DNA of 64,000 nucleotides, from assembly GCF_000150275.1 (NCBI RefSeq), contig NW_002060943.1:8769070-8833069 (forward strand). The letters are read 5' to 3'. Positions 13,094-27,732 of this stretch are shown here, piece by piece. The position numbers were made by a program, and so were the translations under genes. How positions within the stretch are numbered: the stretch's first letter is position 1; every line of letters starts with the position of its first letter. Below the pieces are notes generated by a model. The model ran no database searches, had not been told where the DNA came from, and saw only the letters and a program-made list of their open reading frames with translations. The stretch comes from Trichoplax adhaerens (Eukaryota > Animalia > Placozoa).

Positions 13094-14658
13094 ATTTCGC
13101 AAATGTAGATAATATTGATCGATCATCATACCCGTTGAATTTTACCATATTTCTATTATGGTGGCTAAATCCCATAAGAAATGAACAACTACCTGCATAC
13201 TTCCTTACGGAATAAAATATACCCTAATTACATTGTAAACATATCTAAGGATAGCGGAACGAGCAAATGTGTATTAAAACCGCGAAAAGATCGAGAATAG
13301 AAACAAGATATCATCAATAACATATTAAATTTAAAATTACCAGTAATTCTTTATCATTATTGAATTTTAAAGGCAGAATATAAATATATTATAGCCTTTG
13401 AAGCCAAATTAAAGGTTTTTTAAATAATTACGAAAGTATTCCAATAGTACTGTATATAGTAAGTTATGTACTTAAACACTTATTTTACAAGTCTTTCAGT
13501 AATTTGATATTAGAAAGCTGATGAAATTTGAGTGTAATTATATTAATATATGCCTCTAAAGTGATGTTTCTTCGTGGAAGTAATTGTGCTTATTCTATAT
13601 TTTAGCCGTGTTGGGTACCACGCCATGAGGTGATTTTTCTTTGCCATATCTGGCATTATAAGTAATTTAGAAATTTTTAAAAATATCCTAGCATCCATTT
13701 CTCACTTTAACACGCGATCAAACTCTCTTAAAATTTAAGCAGTTAAGTAAATATTGAATAAATTTCCTACTAGATTATGATAATTAATAAAATTAATCTA
13801 AAAGAAGCACTGCATGATAATTACCGTAAGTTAACATGACATTTTTAATGTACGAAAAAATACCGTTATTACTACTGAAATTATTGCTTTGCTCTATCGT
13901 TGGTCACTAGTTTAAATAAGTAATACCTGAATAATCAGAGATACATATATAAGGTTCACGTTGGCATTTAATTTTATTTTTTCTTACACTGCTAGTATTA
14001 TGCATGAAGATATTAGTTCTTGGTTATCTAACCTACCTTCGTATTTTAAAATTGTTAGAACTGTACATACCTGTGGTATTGCTTGTTTCGATTTTTTCGT
14101 TGCAAGGCAATAAAAATATTATCTATTGAGTCTGATATTTGATTTCCTAAGTTGAAATGTTAAATCCTTGCTAGAAATACTAGCAATACCATCATAAATT
14201 GATGCATAAATATTTGTAACATACATACTAGTAGCCTTAGAAATTCTCTAATTATGCTATTGCCTTTGTAATAAGTTTGACAAGAGGCCAATAATTATAG
14301 ATTTTTACAACGTGCTCATTTACACACACTTTTTGCGATCAAAATTTTGATACGTGTATTCTATAGCATGATTGCAATCATTAAAACTAACTGAGCGATG
14401 CAAAAAACATAAAGATGACAAGTACTCCATCAACTTATCTATCTAGACGTAAAGATACTTATAAGCATCTTATAATCACCTAAAAATTTCGGATATTTCA
14501 CCAAAATTGCAAAATTATCATTTGCTGATATGCGTATAAATGTTGAAAAATATTTTTTCCTTGCAACTCTTTCCACTCGCTAAACTATTTTTTGTTCATT
14601 TACGAAGCTGATTATCCCTTTAAATATTTAAATGGGTGTCTTCTAATAATAATATAGC

Positions 14659-15292
14659 TGTTACAGTGTTAAATACTGTATTACAGTAGAAATAACTATG
14701 TTAGGATAATTCTGTTAGACTATCCTTATTTAGTTAACTTCTAATTTGGATATACTGTATTTTAATATAGCACTGACTTTTTATGACAGTGACACTTATA
14801 CACATACTGAAATTATAATAGTTATAATAGGGAATGCAAATCATCTGCTTACAGTTCGAATCATTGTGATTGTAATTTACTTATGATAGACTGTAAATTA
14901 TCATGGAAATGTTCCGTGATAGGACATATCGTAATCTGACTATTCTGTATTAGTTATTACATGTCTATGTTCGTAAATACTGTTGTCTGCATTAAGAGAG
15001 CAGTAGCTAAAATTAATATCTAATTCAGTAAATGATTCTAATGTTAATTGTATTAACTATGACTCATGAACTATTGAGGAATAGTATATAAATGCAGTAT
15101 ATCGTGAAATAAAGAAGAATTTGTCCAACTTAGTGTTTAACGTAAAATACGAGGCGTTTAAGTCTTTGTGTAGTCTGCTAGTAGAGCAAAAGTGCTCGTG
15201 ATAGTGCAGATATCGTTCCTTGATACGTAGTTCAAGGAATTGACTTATTGATCGTAGATTACGTTATCTTGTTGCAAAGCTGTTTTGTGACA
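14659..15292 (+). mobile_element. Solo-LTR-like element family B, copy 2 (intergenic)
   Basis: TGTTACAG...TTTGTGACA with TSD ATAGC (14654-14658 / 15293-15297). TATATAAA at 15085-15092 and AATAAA at 15108-15113. Matches 3665-4294 in inverted orientation. Confidence 0.92.
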
Positions 15293-18200
15293 ATAGCATA
15301 ACTTATTATCACCAGTTATAGCAGCATCTATCTCTTCCAAGAAACACCTATACACTGTAGCTCTCGATTCAATATCACACAGTCGTTCAAAGTTTAACTA
15401 ATTGCTTACCAAATAAGTGAAATCATATCTGCTATATATAATTCAAGTTTGACAATGTAATTCAGTAATTACTTCCAAGCTATGCACTTACATGTAAATA
15501 TGTAAGTATCAAGTAAACCATTTTATCTTTTACCAGTGTTCGAGACTGATTGCAAAATTATTAACAATAGAGCAAGCATATCTATAAGTATGTTTATTAA
15601 AGTGTATGATAAGTTTCTTATTCACTAAATTTGATAGTAAATATGACATGAAATTGCACAGTTACATCCGAGGAGTAGATCTACTTCATCTTGAAACGTA
15701 AATAATTTAATTTCAAGGCTATAAACGGTTGTCTATAAAGTAACGATTTAATATAATTCAATAAATCATAATCGATCAATGAATCATATCGTTCTTCTAT
15801 AACTTTGCGAGCATCATAACTTATAATATTGTTTCATATTGTTATCAATAGCATTAAACGAATTTTTGTATCAACTGTTGAATAATAAAGGTTTAAGCCA
15901 TTAATTATTAATGAAGGCTAAGACGATGGAATATACACTATAGTATCGATTTTATCAAAAAAATTTTCCTTTGGAATCCAATTTATTTTATATTCGCAGT
16001 ATACTTAAAATCATAGTAAAGTATCAGCAAAGCTCCGTATGCTTACCAAATAAGATAGTGGTCTATCATTGCGGGAAAACGATAAGAAAACCTACTAATC
16101 ATCAAATCTACTTATATTTCGATGCGATTACCTTACGATGACACATTCATAAGAGTATACATGATAATAAGAATTTAAATACATTTCTTAAAAGTATCAC
16201 ATAGTCAGTATCTATATGACTTTGATAGAAAAATGTTAGCATACAAAGAAACTAAATCTGGATTTTTAATTTAGCCAAGATGCTGTAAATTGTCAACGAT
16301 ATTTCCAGATATCGAAAGCATTCGTAACTCGCTAAATTAATCACTTCAAATTTACAAATCACTTTTTACTCATTTTCATATATATCGTATTAAGATTTCC
16401 AGCGGCAACTTACTCGAGATAAAACTACCGTAAATTATTTATTTGCCCAAAGGTTTTTAAATCTAAGATGTTGAAAAATCTAAATGTGGCAAAGTTAAAT
16501 CTATCTCTTTGTGAATTGTTACTACTAAAATATCTTCTCAAACTCTTCTGGTTTTCGCATAAAATTAATAATTTTATTGCAACCTGGAAATGACATTTTT
16601 AATATCTTGCAGAGTATTAATAGATGATGTCATATATTAGGAATGCTTTAATATATTTAAAGTAAATCATCTTAGTGACCTTCAGTTACATTACAAAGAT
16701 GATTAGCATAACTTATAGATACACTTTACTTCCATTTAGCCATGCGAGTATTATCAGTCTATAATGGAACGCTATAGAATTATGATAGTTTAAATAGCTC
16801 AAATTTTCAAACGTGACTATTAACCGATCATCTCTACTATCAATTTTGAATAATTCATTTAGATAAATAAATAAATTACTAAAATATACATTATAATGGG
16901 TCTGTGTAGTCTATATCAAGAGAAATAATTATAGTTGAATCTAAACTACACGAGTCTTGTATAAATAGTTTAAAAATCAATCAAGATATCTTAAGATGAC
17001 TAATCAATTTGCCCCAATTTCTGAGGCATCTTTGTAATAAGATTAAAAAATAAACTGATGACCTTAATACCAATATTTGTAGCCATTATGCAAATGGATA
17101 GCCAATATTATGAAGTAACAACATCTTGTCTATTTAACTTGCCGACTATATGAACTAATTCCTTGCGCATTAGCCATGGCTTAATTGTAATATAATGCAA
17201 GCTTACTTTTACTCAAACTTGCAAGATTAATATTTACTGGACAAAATGTATTGCCTTGATTTGATCGACAAAAGTTCAATTAAGAATGAGACAGCGCGCA
17301 GGAAGAGTCTGTGATTAATTCAGTACTCTGCCAAAATATGCTTATTGCTAGCTTAACTTGATAGATATAAGCTCCATTTTACTAATGAGATCACCTTTAT
17401 TCTGATGAGCATTCAAACTATATCTTTAAATTGATGGACAGAAGATATATTTAAGGATCAGAATATCATTATTGTTTATATATTAATTATCATTAGCTCT
17501 ACAAATTGATGATTTATATTACGTTGTTGATTGAGAGAATATGGCCAACAACAAATAGATGAATTTATCAGATATTAGATTGCTTTTTTCTATTCACGAT
17601 ATATTCTCTTTGATCATTGCCTACTTTGTATACAACATTGAACTTACTGAATCGTGCATGCTAACGTTTGCTTCTAGGACTTAATCTGAATAAATCAATA
17701 TTGATTCGATCCTCATTAACATAATTAGCGCTTCTATCATAATTAAATTCTCTGTAGTTTTTATCGTTAGAACATCACTGATACAATGTAAAGTATACTG
17801 ATTCCTTGTCTATGTACATGGAACCAATTCAAGTTAAGGCTTGATCTACTTTTTACTGTATTATGAACTTTTTGCTAGTGCTCTAGCTTTCAATCAATTA
17901 CGCTGAATTCATTTAAAAGAGAGATTTCCTATTTCTCGCTAGAAACTAGGATTAGATAATGATTTAGCACCTACAAGCAATGTGGAGAAATATTTTAGAG
18001 GATAATATGATGATCATGAAAAAGATTTTAAATCGTTTTATAATTAATATTGACATTAGGCTTAGTTTCTTTCATGTTACATCAAAAAGGTTACCGCTCG
18101 ATTGAAAACTTATAAAGCGGCCGCAACGACAATTTTTATTAATTTTAACATATTTTGCTGGACTGTGAAAGAATTCAAAGAAGGCGCATTTTACATTAAA

Positions 18201-18556
18201 AAATAGAACCTTTTTGGATAATGAACTTTCATTTCACTTGAAATATCCTAGCAGTGTTCCAATTCCATTTCAACGCATTCGATGTTCAATTAGCATTATA
18301 GCTATTGAAAACCATACGCTGATTCATTCAATCTTTACCTGCAAAGAAACGCCAATAATCGATTTTAATTTATTTTTTGTCATTTCAAGAATTATACGTG
18401 CATACTCGTATAGCTATTCTTATAGCTTTGCAATAGTCTTTAAGTTAGTCCATAAAATCGCAGAGCATTTAGAAATTTACATAACTTATTAACTACGCCC
18501 ATGCTTTGGATATCCTCAGTCTTAAGTCAGATAAGTACTAAAAAATTTCATCGAAA

Positions 18557-20803
18557 ATGGATACTTCTTCTATCAATTTCACTACTGCCAACCAATCACA
18601 GCCTATTCTCACTCAAAAATTTACCTTAATAGTGATGGTACTACAAAGTTTTTTGGCTGTTATCGGCATTCCAACTAATATTACAGTCTGCGTCTATCTA
18701 ATTTGGCAATGGAATAAAATCAAGCTAAACGATGCACTGATCCTAAATCTAGCACTAGCCGATGGATTATATTGCATACTGAGGTAAGAATTATTTTTCA
18801 TGTAATAAGACGGAAAATATTTTCTACTAATTCCCTTTCCATCTCTATTTATCACACTTGTCTAAGTAATAAAAAACTAGAAATCTTCCACTAATTCACT
18901 TTTCATTTCACCTTTATCATACCCCCCCCCTAATTAAGACAAACATTAGTCCATATAAGTTACTTATAATTAATGAGAGCTTCATTGCTTTGAAGATATT
19001 CTATTGCTATAGAAGTGAATAAACTTAATCTACAGTTTTTCTTTGCTAGTAAATTATTGATTAATTTGTTCCGCTTGCACACCGCATGCACTCAAATAGA
19101 CAAAGATAATTTAATGTTATCTTAATACAAAATATACGAAGTATATACCATACAGTACAGCTGTGATATATACCAATCACGAGATTCCAAATTTTAGAAA
19201 AATAAGGCTTTATTGAATCTTACACAGAGATTAACTACACACAGCTCTACTCTAGCCGAATACTACTTCTAAAGACTTCCAGAACGAGCTAACAGAATAA
19301 TCTAAAGTTGCATGCTTTTATACTTTCCGTAGCATTCGCAGCTGCAATCCGCAAGGCAACCTTTTACCTTATTTTACACATAGTTAAATTATTCTTAGTA
19401 AGACTATTCTACTGCGGACCATCATTAATCCAATATGGATACCACTACAGTACTTACGCAGACATTATTCACACCAGCCAAAGTACAATGAATTAATCAT
19501 ATCCTAATATATGATTTACAGTTCTATTTTTACTTATAGCCTTATTAGTAACTCAATACCTTACTGTATATAGTCATCTGCACTCTTGCATAGAGTCTAT
19601 ACCACTACAGTCTATAGTTATAGCTACCAAATATCTCTTAGGATAAATATCTACCGTACATTATACTAAACATGGCTAATAGTCTACAATCACAATACTA
19701 GTTACATTACAACAGCGCTTGATGCAAATGGGCAATTTTTATCGTTGCATTTACATGTATCCCTCTGAAAAGATACTCTCTAAATTAATTTAAGAATTCT
19801 TTAAACCTTTTATAAGCATATGATAGCAGTTCTCAATATCATGTAAATGTAAATACCTTGTTCTAGTATTTAAATGTTTTAATTTTGGCGCAAATTTTAT
19901 AACTTCATTTATAGTTATTTTCTCTTCTTCCCAAATTTAATGAAAATCTATAATGGTCAAATACCCATTTACGATTCAAATACGCTTCTTTGTCGACTTA
20001 ATATGGCAATACCTCTCTATTTCTTTATCAGTAACATTAACAGTATAACATTGATGGCAATTATTCGTTATCTGGTTATTGTAAGACCAAGAAAATTAAT
20101 GTGGCTAAAAAAGAAAAGATGGGTCTCTAGTCTTTACGTCCTAAATTGGTGTATACCTCTCATATTTACCTTGCTTCCTTTATTTGGCTATTGGAGTAAA
20201 TATTCTTACTTCTCCACATCTGGCCTTTGTGTTATCATATATCGATTAGACCAAAATAGTAGCAATCAGAGCTACTTTATTTGCTTCCTATTGTGTGTAT
20301 TAATATTACCTATCTTGATAGTTACATTCTGCTATTATAAAATTTATTACACTGTTAAAGCGAGTAAGAAAAAGCTTAGTTGTCATGCAAGTATTGGTAA
20401 AGATTTGGCTTCGTCGTATTCATCCTTTGCATGGTCTTCCTCGCATAGTCTACAAAGTGTTGCAAATAAATGGAGTAAACGACGAGAGTTAGCATTCACT
20501 CAAACTTTGTTGATTATCTTTATCGCATTCCAATTATCTTTTCTGCCTTTTACGGTATTATTCTTGTTAACTTACTTACATTCACTAACATTACTTATCC
20601 AGTTTCTTGTTGGTTTCTTCTTACTAAGTTCTGTCGGTAGTGCTATTAATCCAATAATCTATCTCGTACGTAGCAAAAAATTCAATCAAACATCGCCTAC
20701 TTTAAAACGAAATATATGTTATTCTGTTAAAGCTGTTCCGATCCTTATTGCCTCTTCTAACTCTCTTTATAATACTGCTAAAGGAAATAAGCTCCACGCA
20801 TAA
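18557..20803 (+). CDS. Rhodopsin-class orphan GPCR, paralog 2
   Basis: Exon 1 18557-18783 (GIPTN, NLALAD; AG|GTAAGA) and exon 2 19915-20803 (TAG acceptor, in frame). Motifs AIIRY, FGYWSKY..C, SFLP, NPIIY. Same intron position as paralogs 1 and 3. Confidence 0.9.
19162..19711 (-). mobile_element. Solo-LTR-like element family D, in GPCR2 intron
   Basis: TGTGATA...CATTACA with TSD ACAGC (19157-19161 / 19712-19716). On the minus strand TATAAAA (~19316-19322) precedes AATAAA (~19209-19214). Confidence 0.75.
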
Positions 20804-23800
20804 TGATTTCATGAATGAACAAAGAAATCTTCGAACCTGTAATTATAATACCAGCATTATTTATTTTTCATAATGTATCGTGATAGCATTTCAAATTGTA
20901 CAATTTTCTCTATATTAATGGAGCCATTTATAGAATTAATTTCGATTCTTAACCATTTTTAGCAAATTTAATGGAAATATTAAAATATCCTAATATTGGT
21001 TGGTTATGCATGTAAAAATTTTAGGCCTTTGGAAACAAATGCATTAACGTTGATATAATTTACGTTATCACGATATGCTCGATTTTTATAAATTTTATTC
21101 AGGAAATTATTCAACCATATTGCAGTATGGTTATTCCTTGATATGTGTTGTGCTTATATTCTGTTATCACAAATAAGTACCAAATAAATAATGTTCAAGA
21201 ATTTTCGAATGAACTTGTATTGCTATCTTGCATCGCGGCAGAAGTATCGATGTTCCTTTTTGTGGTATAACTAATAGTTCATGGATGATGATTCAATTTC
21301 GAAAGCATGATTTAACTTCGGTATAGGATTATTTATAGATGATTACTAATTAATAGGCAACGACAAAGACGATAACTCTAAAATTAATAAATTCAGTAAT
21401 AATATGCTGAAGTTTGCAATTTGCAGTTTTAATAGCAGACTCTATCATCCTTGGAGTAAGTTTTACTACACTGTTAAGCTGCTTAGTAAAACTTTTTTTG
21501 TACATTACAGTTTTCTTATACACCTTTATTCGCGTTGAAGTAATTAATAATTAGTTAAGTATTATAAACCTATTGCGAATTTTGTGTTAGAAAAGCAATA
21601 TATGGAAAGCATTTGATAGCTTTTAACGTTAAAATCAAATCAAAAATTAAATAAAACAGTCATACTCGATTTATCAGCGTCCATTTTGGTATATAGATAT
21701 GTTACGGTCAATATTCATTATTAGAAATATGTAATTAATTAATAACGGAATAATTACTTTCTGCTTGATTATAAATAAGTACAACTGTCAGGATATGAGT
21801 AAGTACTGGTAAACAACTTGAGATTCTATAATCTATTTTGGGATAAACTGACTCAAAAATGATGTGATAGCACTTAAATTTCTTGTCCAGTTTTACTATA
21901 TTACGCAGCTCTTTTACCAAGGGCTGTCATGGACTATCTATATCTATAACTTATCTCAATTTCTTTTCAATTTACTGTTTTGTAGACTCATGGACTCCGA
22001 TTTATTTAATGTTACTAGATTATTTACCCTTTGATTATTAATCGCATAGTACTATACTACGTTTGTACTATTAGCTGACTTAGTCCACTCTATTAATAAT
22101 TCATAAATCTAATAAAGCCACCTAGCAAAGGTCTTCAAATTTTCGCATCGGTATTGTTAATATCTCCCACATTTAAATACTTGTACAATCTTACCATCTA
22201 ACATACAAACTCAATCCATTGCAATACAAAAATACGCTATTCTAAGAAGATGTCTCTAAATATTGTTACTTATCTAACTAGCACGTTATCACCATATTAT
22301 TTCTATATTCTTTTATTTTATTTTATTATATCAAATTAAATTGAAGAGAATAAACTAAACATTATATTGATATTATAGGATTTACAACAGTTGTATTACG
22401 TTTTTGAACTTATAGTTGAAAGTTAGACGTTACATATTTTGTATTGCTATGTATTAATTATGTGCACAACGCTTTCTCCAGTATTTTTCATCTCCATAAT
22501 TTAATTATTAGAAAGAGCTCATAAAATGCATGTTCATCACGCTTCTTATAATTATGAATCTTGTATTGCTACAAAATAAGTTTAGTTTGTATTTATAGAT
22601 AATTTGTCACAAGCACTCATTAAATTATTTTGCCTGAAACCAACACAACAACTTCACACTACAGTTTATCCACTGTTGTCAGCAAATTAATAAGGCATTT
22701 TACTTGAAAACTTAAGTTATCTTCTAGTACTATGAATCTCTTGATAGATTAAGAGTTATTCGCCAAATTAAACTTTCTTATTGACTTGATTAGCTTAAAA
22801 AATTCGTATATTTTAAGAAATGGTATTTAAAGCAGATTAACAATAATTACATCAATAAATGTACAGAAGTATATTCGAAATTAGCACAGCAGCAATTACA
22901 CAATATAATAGTCCTAAACTTGAATAAGATATTTAGAAGAATGAAAAGGATGATGTAAAGAGTAGCTAAAGCGTTGCTTAATTTGTTTTAAGACGAAAAG
23001 AAAATTAGTTTACATATTCTTCTTATGGACTATTCAATGGATTCTATATTAAAAGCAGATACCAAGAAGTGTATTTAATTATCAAGATTAAGTGATAACA
23101 CAGCCAGGCTAAATTATGTGCCGTACGTATACTCAGGCTTTAAAAATTACTAGATTTGATATCTCTTCAAGGAAGTTGATGAATTGGCTACTTAATTATT
23201 AATATTGGTTCAGAGAACCTATCACACAGGACTATCAATAGTATCAAGATAAAGAGATTGATTTTAGTTTTCAAATAAATTGAAAGCAATTAATTATTCT
23301 TATTGTACTAAATTATTATCTACAAAGTATAAGATATTTTCAATAACATCGTGTGTTCGAAAGATATTATACTTTAAATTAAGTAACCTAAGTTGATTAA
23401 ATATACAGCAGATAGATATACCGTAGTTATGTACCGAGGTGATTTTCTTCTAGAAGAAAAGTTAATATAAATTGAGCTAATTGTCTGTAACGAATTAATT
23501 TAGAATTTTAGTACTAGATCAATTAAACTTGATTTATAATTCACAAGGTGCAGTCAAAAATAATCAGGTATGTATCCTTTAAATATATATAATTTAACTA
23601 GAATGTAAGTTTTGAACTATTCTTTTCCGTCAATAATATCCTTTCATAACTCTAATGCAAGTAGACTGTGAATAAGAAAGGTATAGATTAGTAGAAACAA
23701 GGTTATGGAGACTGATGTATTTGAATTGAAATAATTATTTTAGTCAACAAAAATAATTTAGCAATTATTATCTCAAGTTAGTTCTACAATGATTATCTAA

Positions 23801-25305
23801 ATTGAAAAATATTAAAAAAATTTGAATTACGTGATTCAGGGAGATAAAAGTTATAGATTATCTTTTAATGTTAATTGTATCGAATATTTTCACCTTATTA
23901 AAGAATATTCATGATTACTTCTAAAAAGATAATACAATGATCACATTTTATAATAACTAAAGTAGCAACTATTTTGCTTAGCTGTTCCTTGCAATTTACC
24001 TAATCAATGCCAAGATTTATAATCCTATTCTAGTAGACAATTAAGTTTGGAAGTTAATCAGTGATTATTTTATTTATAATTAATCTAGCACGTTTCTTTA
24101 AACTGTCGATTAATAAGGAACGTATTCAATCTATTATATACAATGACAATATATAACTTACGATACAGATATCTTCCATTGACTAAAGGTTAGAATTTTT
24201 TTCTTTTGGGAAAGATTTCCGTAAACAAATTTTTCTATGAAGTTATGCTACTAATTTAAATAATTCACGATTATTAAATATCGGTAATAGATAACGATTA
24301 GCAGCAAGAAATTAACAAAATAATGGAGATTATTTTATATTTTCTTATAACAACTAGGGTTGCATATCGTGTCTTCCTTAGAAGACTGAGAAGAGTGTTA
24401 TATAAAATCGTGATATAATTTCCTCCACTTTACCTCAATTGTTGTTAATCAATCGCTAGTTTTATTTATTAATCTTAAGACTCAGCAAATTGTGTATAGC
24501 TGATTTCTTAATAAACAAGAGAATGTTTGACACAAAGCTGCCATTGAAATTGTATGAGTATAACATTCATAAGAGCCTTCTGTTTTTTAATTTAGACATT
24601 ATAAAATAGTAGAAAAATTAAATAATTTATCATAACTTTACCATAAGTCCTATATCAAGATCGTAAATATAGATATATGAATGTACTACACATAGACATA
24701 TATGTATACAGTCGATATAGTGCAATATGGTATAATTCATTATAGGGGAAGATGTATTATATAAGCTTCATCAATATCGATTAATGAGCTGCATATTAAA
24801 ATAAGTTCTTTGTGTAGTGAACACAGCCTCAAAATGATCACAGACTAAAGTTACTATTTTAGTGTAGTAATGGGAAATAAAATTTAACTATTTTACAAAT
24901 AATATCACAAGTTCCAGGATGAACTATTAGGAAAGGCGGTGATCATTTGATCTTTGTTATACTGGATAACTGTAACTTCAATATGCTTCTACTGATATAC
25001 AATGACAGATTGCCATTTATTTTCAACTTTAAATGAGTTTAAGAACAGCAATTACGGTAACCACCAAGATCATTCATTAGATGAAAAAACAGGATAGTAT
25101 TCCCCGCTTTCATATTAGCTTGCAAATATTATTCACGCTAATCATAATGATATGCTATACACTTACCTATACGTATTATTGTTTTCGTATTTAACTTTTA
25201 TTATCCATTATAGCACCATTTTCTACCTAGACAATCAGTAATCTACTACAAAGAATTAGCTCTCCTATAGCTACAAATTGTTAGTTATACACCATTGCGA
25301 TTGAG

Positions 25306-25741
25306 TGTCACGGTACGAACTACCGTGAAGAAATAGCTATCTAAATTTGGTGAATATAATATAGTGATAATATATTACATCTAGATCCTTACAATAGGAA
25401 TTACTCTAATTATAAATGTGTTGCAGTAAATTTAATGATGTGCTGTAATGTGCACTAAAATGATTCTGTGAATGGACATATTGTAGTCCGACTGTGAAAA
25501 ACTAGTTAGTAGATGTTCTCACCTAAGTATTTTTATGAGATGACTTGTGAATGTTAGCTGCTGTAGAAGGGTATATAAGCCCGCCAGATAGTTGAATAAA
25601 GCAGTTCTCAATTGTCTAGTTTAGTTTAACGTAGAATCAAAGGCGTCTAAATTCTTGTGAGTAGGGATACTGAATCCCGGAGACTATAGTAATTTAGAGA
25701 TTTATTTCACGTTATCCTTTTCACGAAGCTGGTTTGTGACA
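25306..25741 (+). mobile_element. Solo-LTR-like element family A, copy 2 (uninterrupted)
   Basis: 436 bp, TGTCACGG...TTTGTGACA, TSD TTGAG (25301-25305 / 25742-25746). TATATAA at 25572-25578 and AATAAA at 25595-25600. Confidence 0.92.
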
Positions 25742-27732
25742 TTGAGATATTAGAATGTCGCACATAGCTACGTCTACATACAGTAACATATATACATGTG
25801 CTAAAGTACGGAGAATTGTAAAAGTGAACCAAGCCAGGCTTTAATATTATCGTAATAATACATAATACCCTCAAATATGATTAATTACCGATGCCACTCA
25901 TATATTTTTCTCTTATGAGATCATTAATTAAATATCTTTATGCAGGTTTAGTTCGGTACTATGGCTTGCCTATGCTATAGCTAACGATAACAAGTATGTA
26001 ACTATTCCTTGATTGATTATATTCATATCTCGTCATTTATGATGCATGCGTCGTTATCCGTTTCTACGTCAAATTTAATAATTTATCGATATAAGTTGCC
26101 TAGCATACATAGTTAACCGAATGTGGTATCATGCAGTTGAGTTGTGTGTCGTAGTTATATAGGCTGATGATCATGTATACTCAATTAAGACTTAATGTAA
26201 TAAATAATCCATTGAAATTAGGCGTACTGGAATAGTTAATATTCATCTTATAGCCTTAAATTTTTACTAATAAGGACTATTACAATGTAATTTGTGTGTT
26301 AAGAATATAAATTGGTAGTGGCGTAGCTAGGTGTAACCAACGCCAACTTATACATGTTTACCTACAAAGGATTGTTGAATTGCAGTGATCCTAGACTACC
26401 TATTCGTGCACCTATATCTATACGAATATATATGCATGAGTGTATATATCTCCTACTTAATTTAATCTTATCATCCTTACCTAAATATTGATCATGGCCT
26501 ATTTGCAAATTATAATCTATATAAATCGTTCTATTTGTCATAATAATAATAGCATTAAAGCATTGAACAGCACGAAGACTAGCGTTTCGTGGTTACAATC
26601 TTCCCGTGCCATTATATAACTTAGCTGTTTAATCATTGATATACAATAATCTTCAAGGCTAATAAACATCGAAGATTACTTTTATGCTATAATAATTACC
26701 AATAAACAATAGAAAGAAATGGAGCTACGGCTTTAAAAATAGCTTATCAATAGGACGGACTAAGATAGATAATTGATATTGTATTGAAGTAACTATTAAG
26801 AATAAAATCTTCATCATGGATTCTATCTTATTTTAAGTTGACGTTTATTGTGGACTAAGATAGCATGATTTCTATTGTAATTGTTCATTTATAGTGAACT
26901 CATCCATCTTTACCGATTATTCTATTTTTTATCTAATGTTGCCGGGAGCGATAGTAACAATTTTATTATCAACACGATGTATGTTGAATATTTGATTAAT
27001 GACCTACATTGTATGCCAGGTTCAAGTTGACTTCAAGATGTTAAAAATAAAAATATTATTAATCCTAATTATGGAGTATCCACATACGGTATACTAATTG
27101 GTGTTGGCATAAAAAGTGGTAGCGTCCGAAATGAATATTAATATCAGGTGTGAAAGATGAATGGTTCAATGTATGATCACTTTTATGCCAATTACTATGA
27201 GTGACTAAGCAGTAATTTGAAGATATTAAATTGTAATAAATAAGACAACAGAAGTAATCAGATGGAATATATTCATATGCTTTACTTTAGCAAATGAGGG
27301 GTGGCAATTAAATCAAGGCTATTGTTTCCTTAGACAATTAACCGTCAAGATAATATATAAACACTCGGTTATAATCACGATTTGTTATCATTATCGTTAC
27401 CCCTTGATGATGGACAGGCAATCTTTGCCCGTGGTGAGACAGCGATGGTTTTATTTGACTACCGTAAGGTAATGAAAAAAGCGATAAAGGCAATTGCAAT
27501 ATAATTTGATTTTCCATCACTGGTAACTATCCTTCCAAAGATTATAAAGTCGTTAGGCGTTGATTTAATCCCCTTTCAAAACTTTAATTACGGAAAACAG
27601 AGAGAAAAAAGTTGGATATTTCTTTACTAGCAGTACCATTGATTATATTTTTCTTAATCCCTTGATAAAAGCGATTCAGTATCAACAAACTAATTAAGCA
27701 TTTTATACAAGTCGGAACAAACAGCCATCATC

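Noticed and set aside
21700-22300. TGTTACGGT start, AATAAA and a CACGTTATC motif resembling the A/B/C elements
   Set aside because: No matching CA end with an AGATA duplication found, so boundaries are unsupported.
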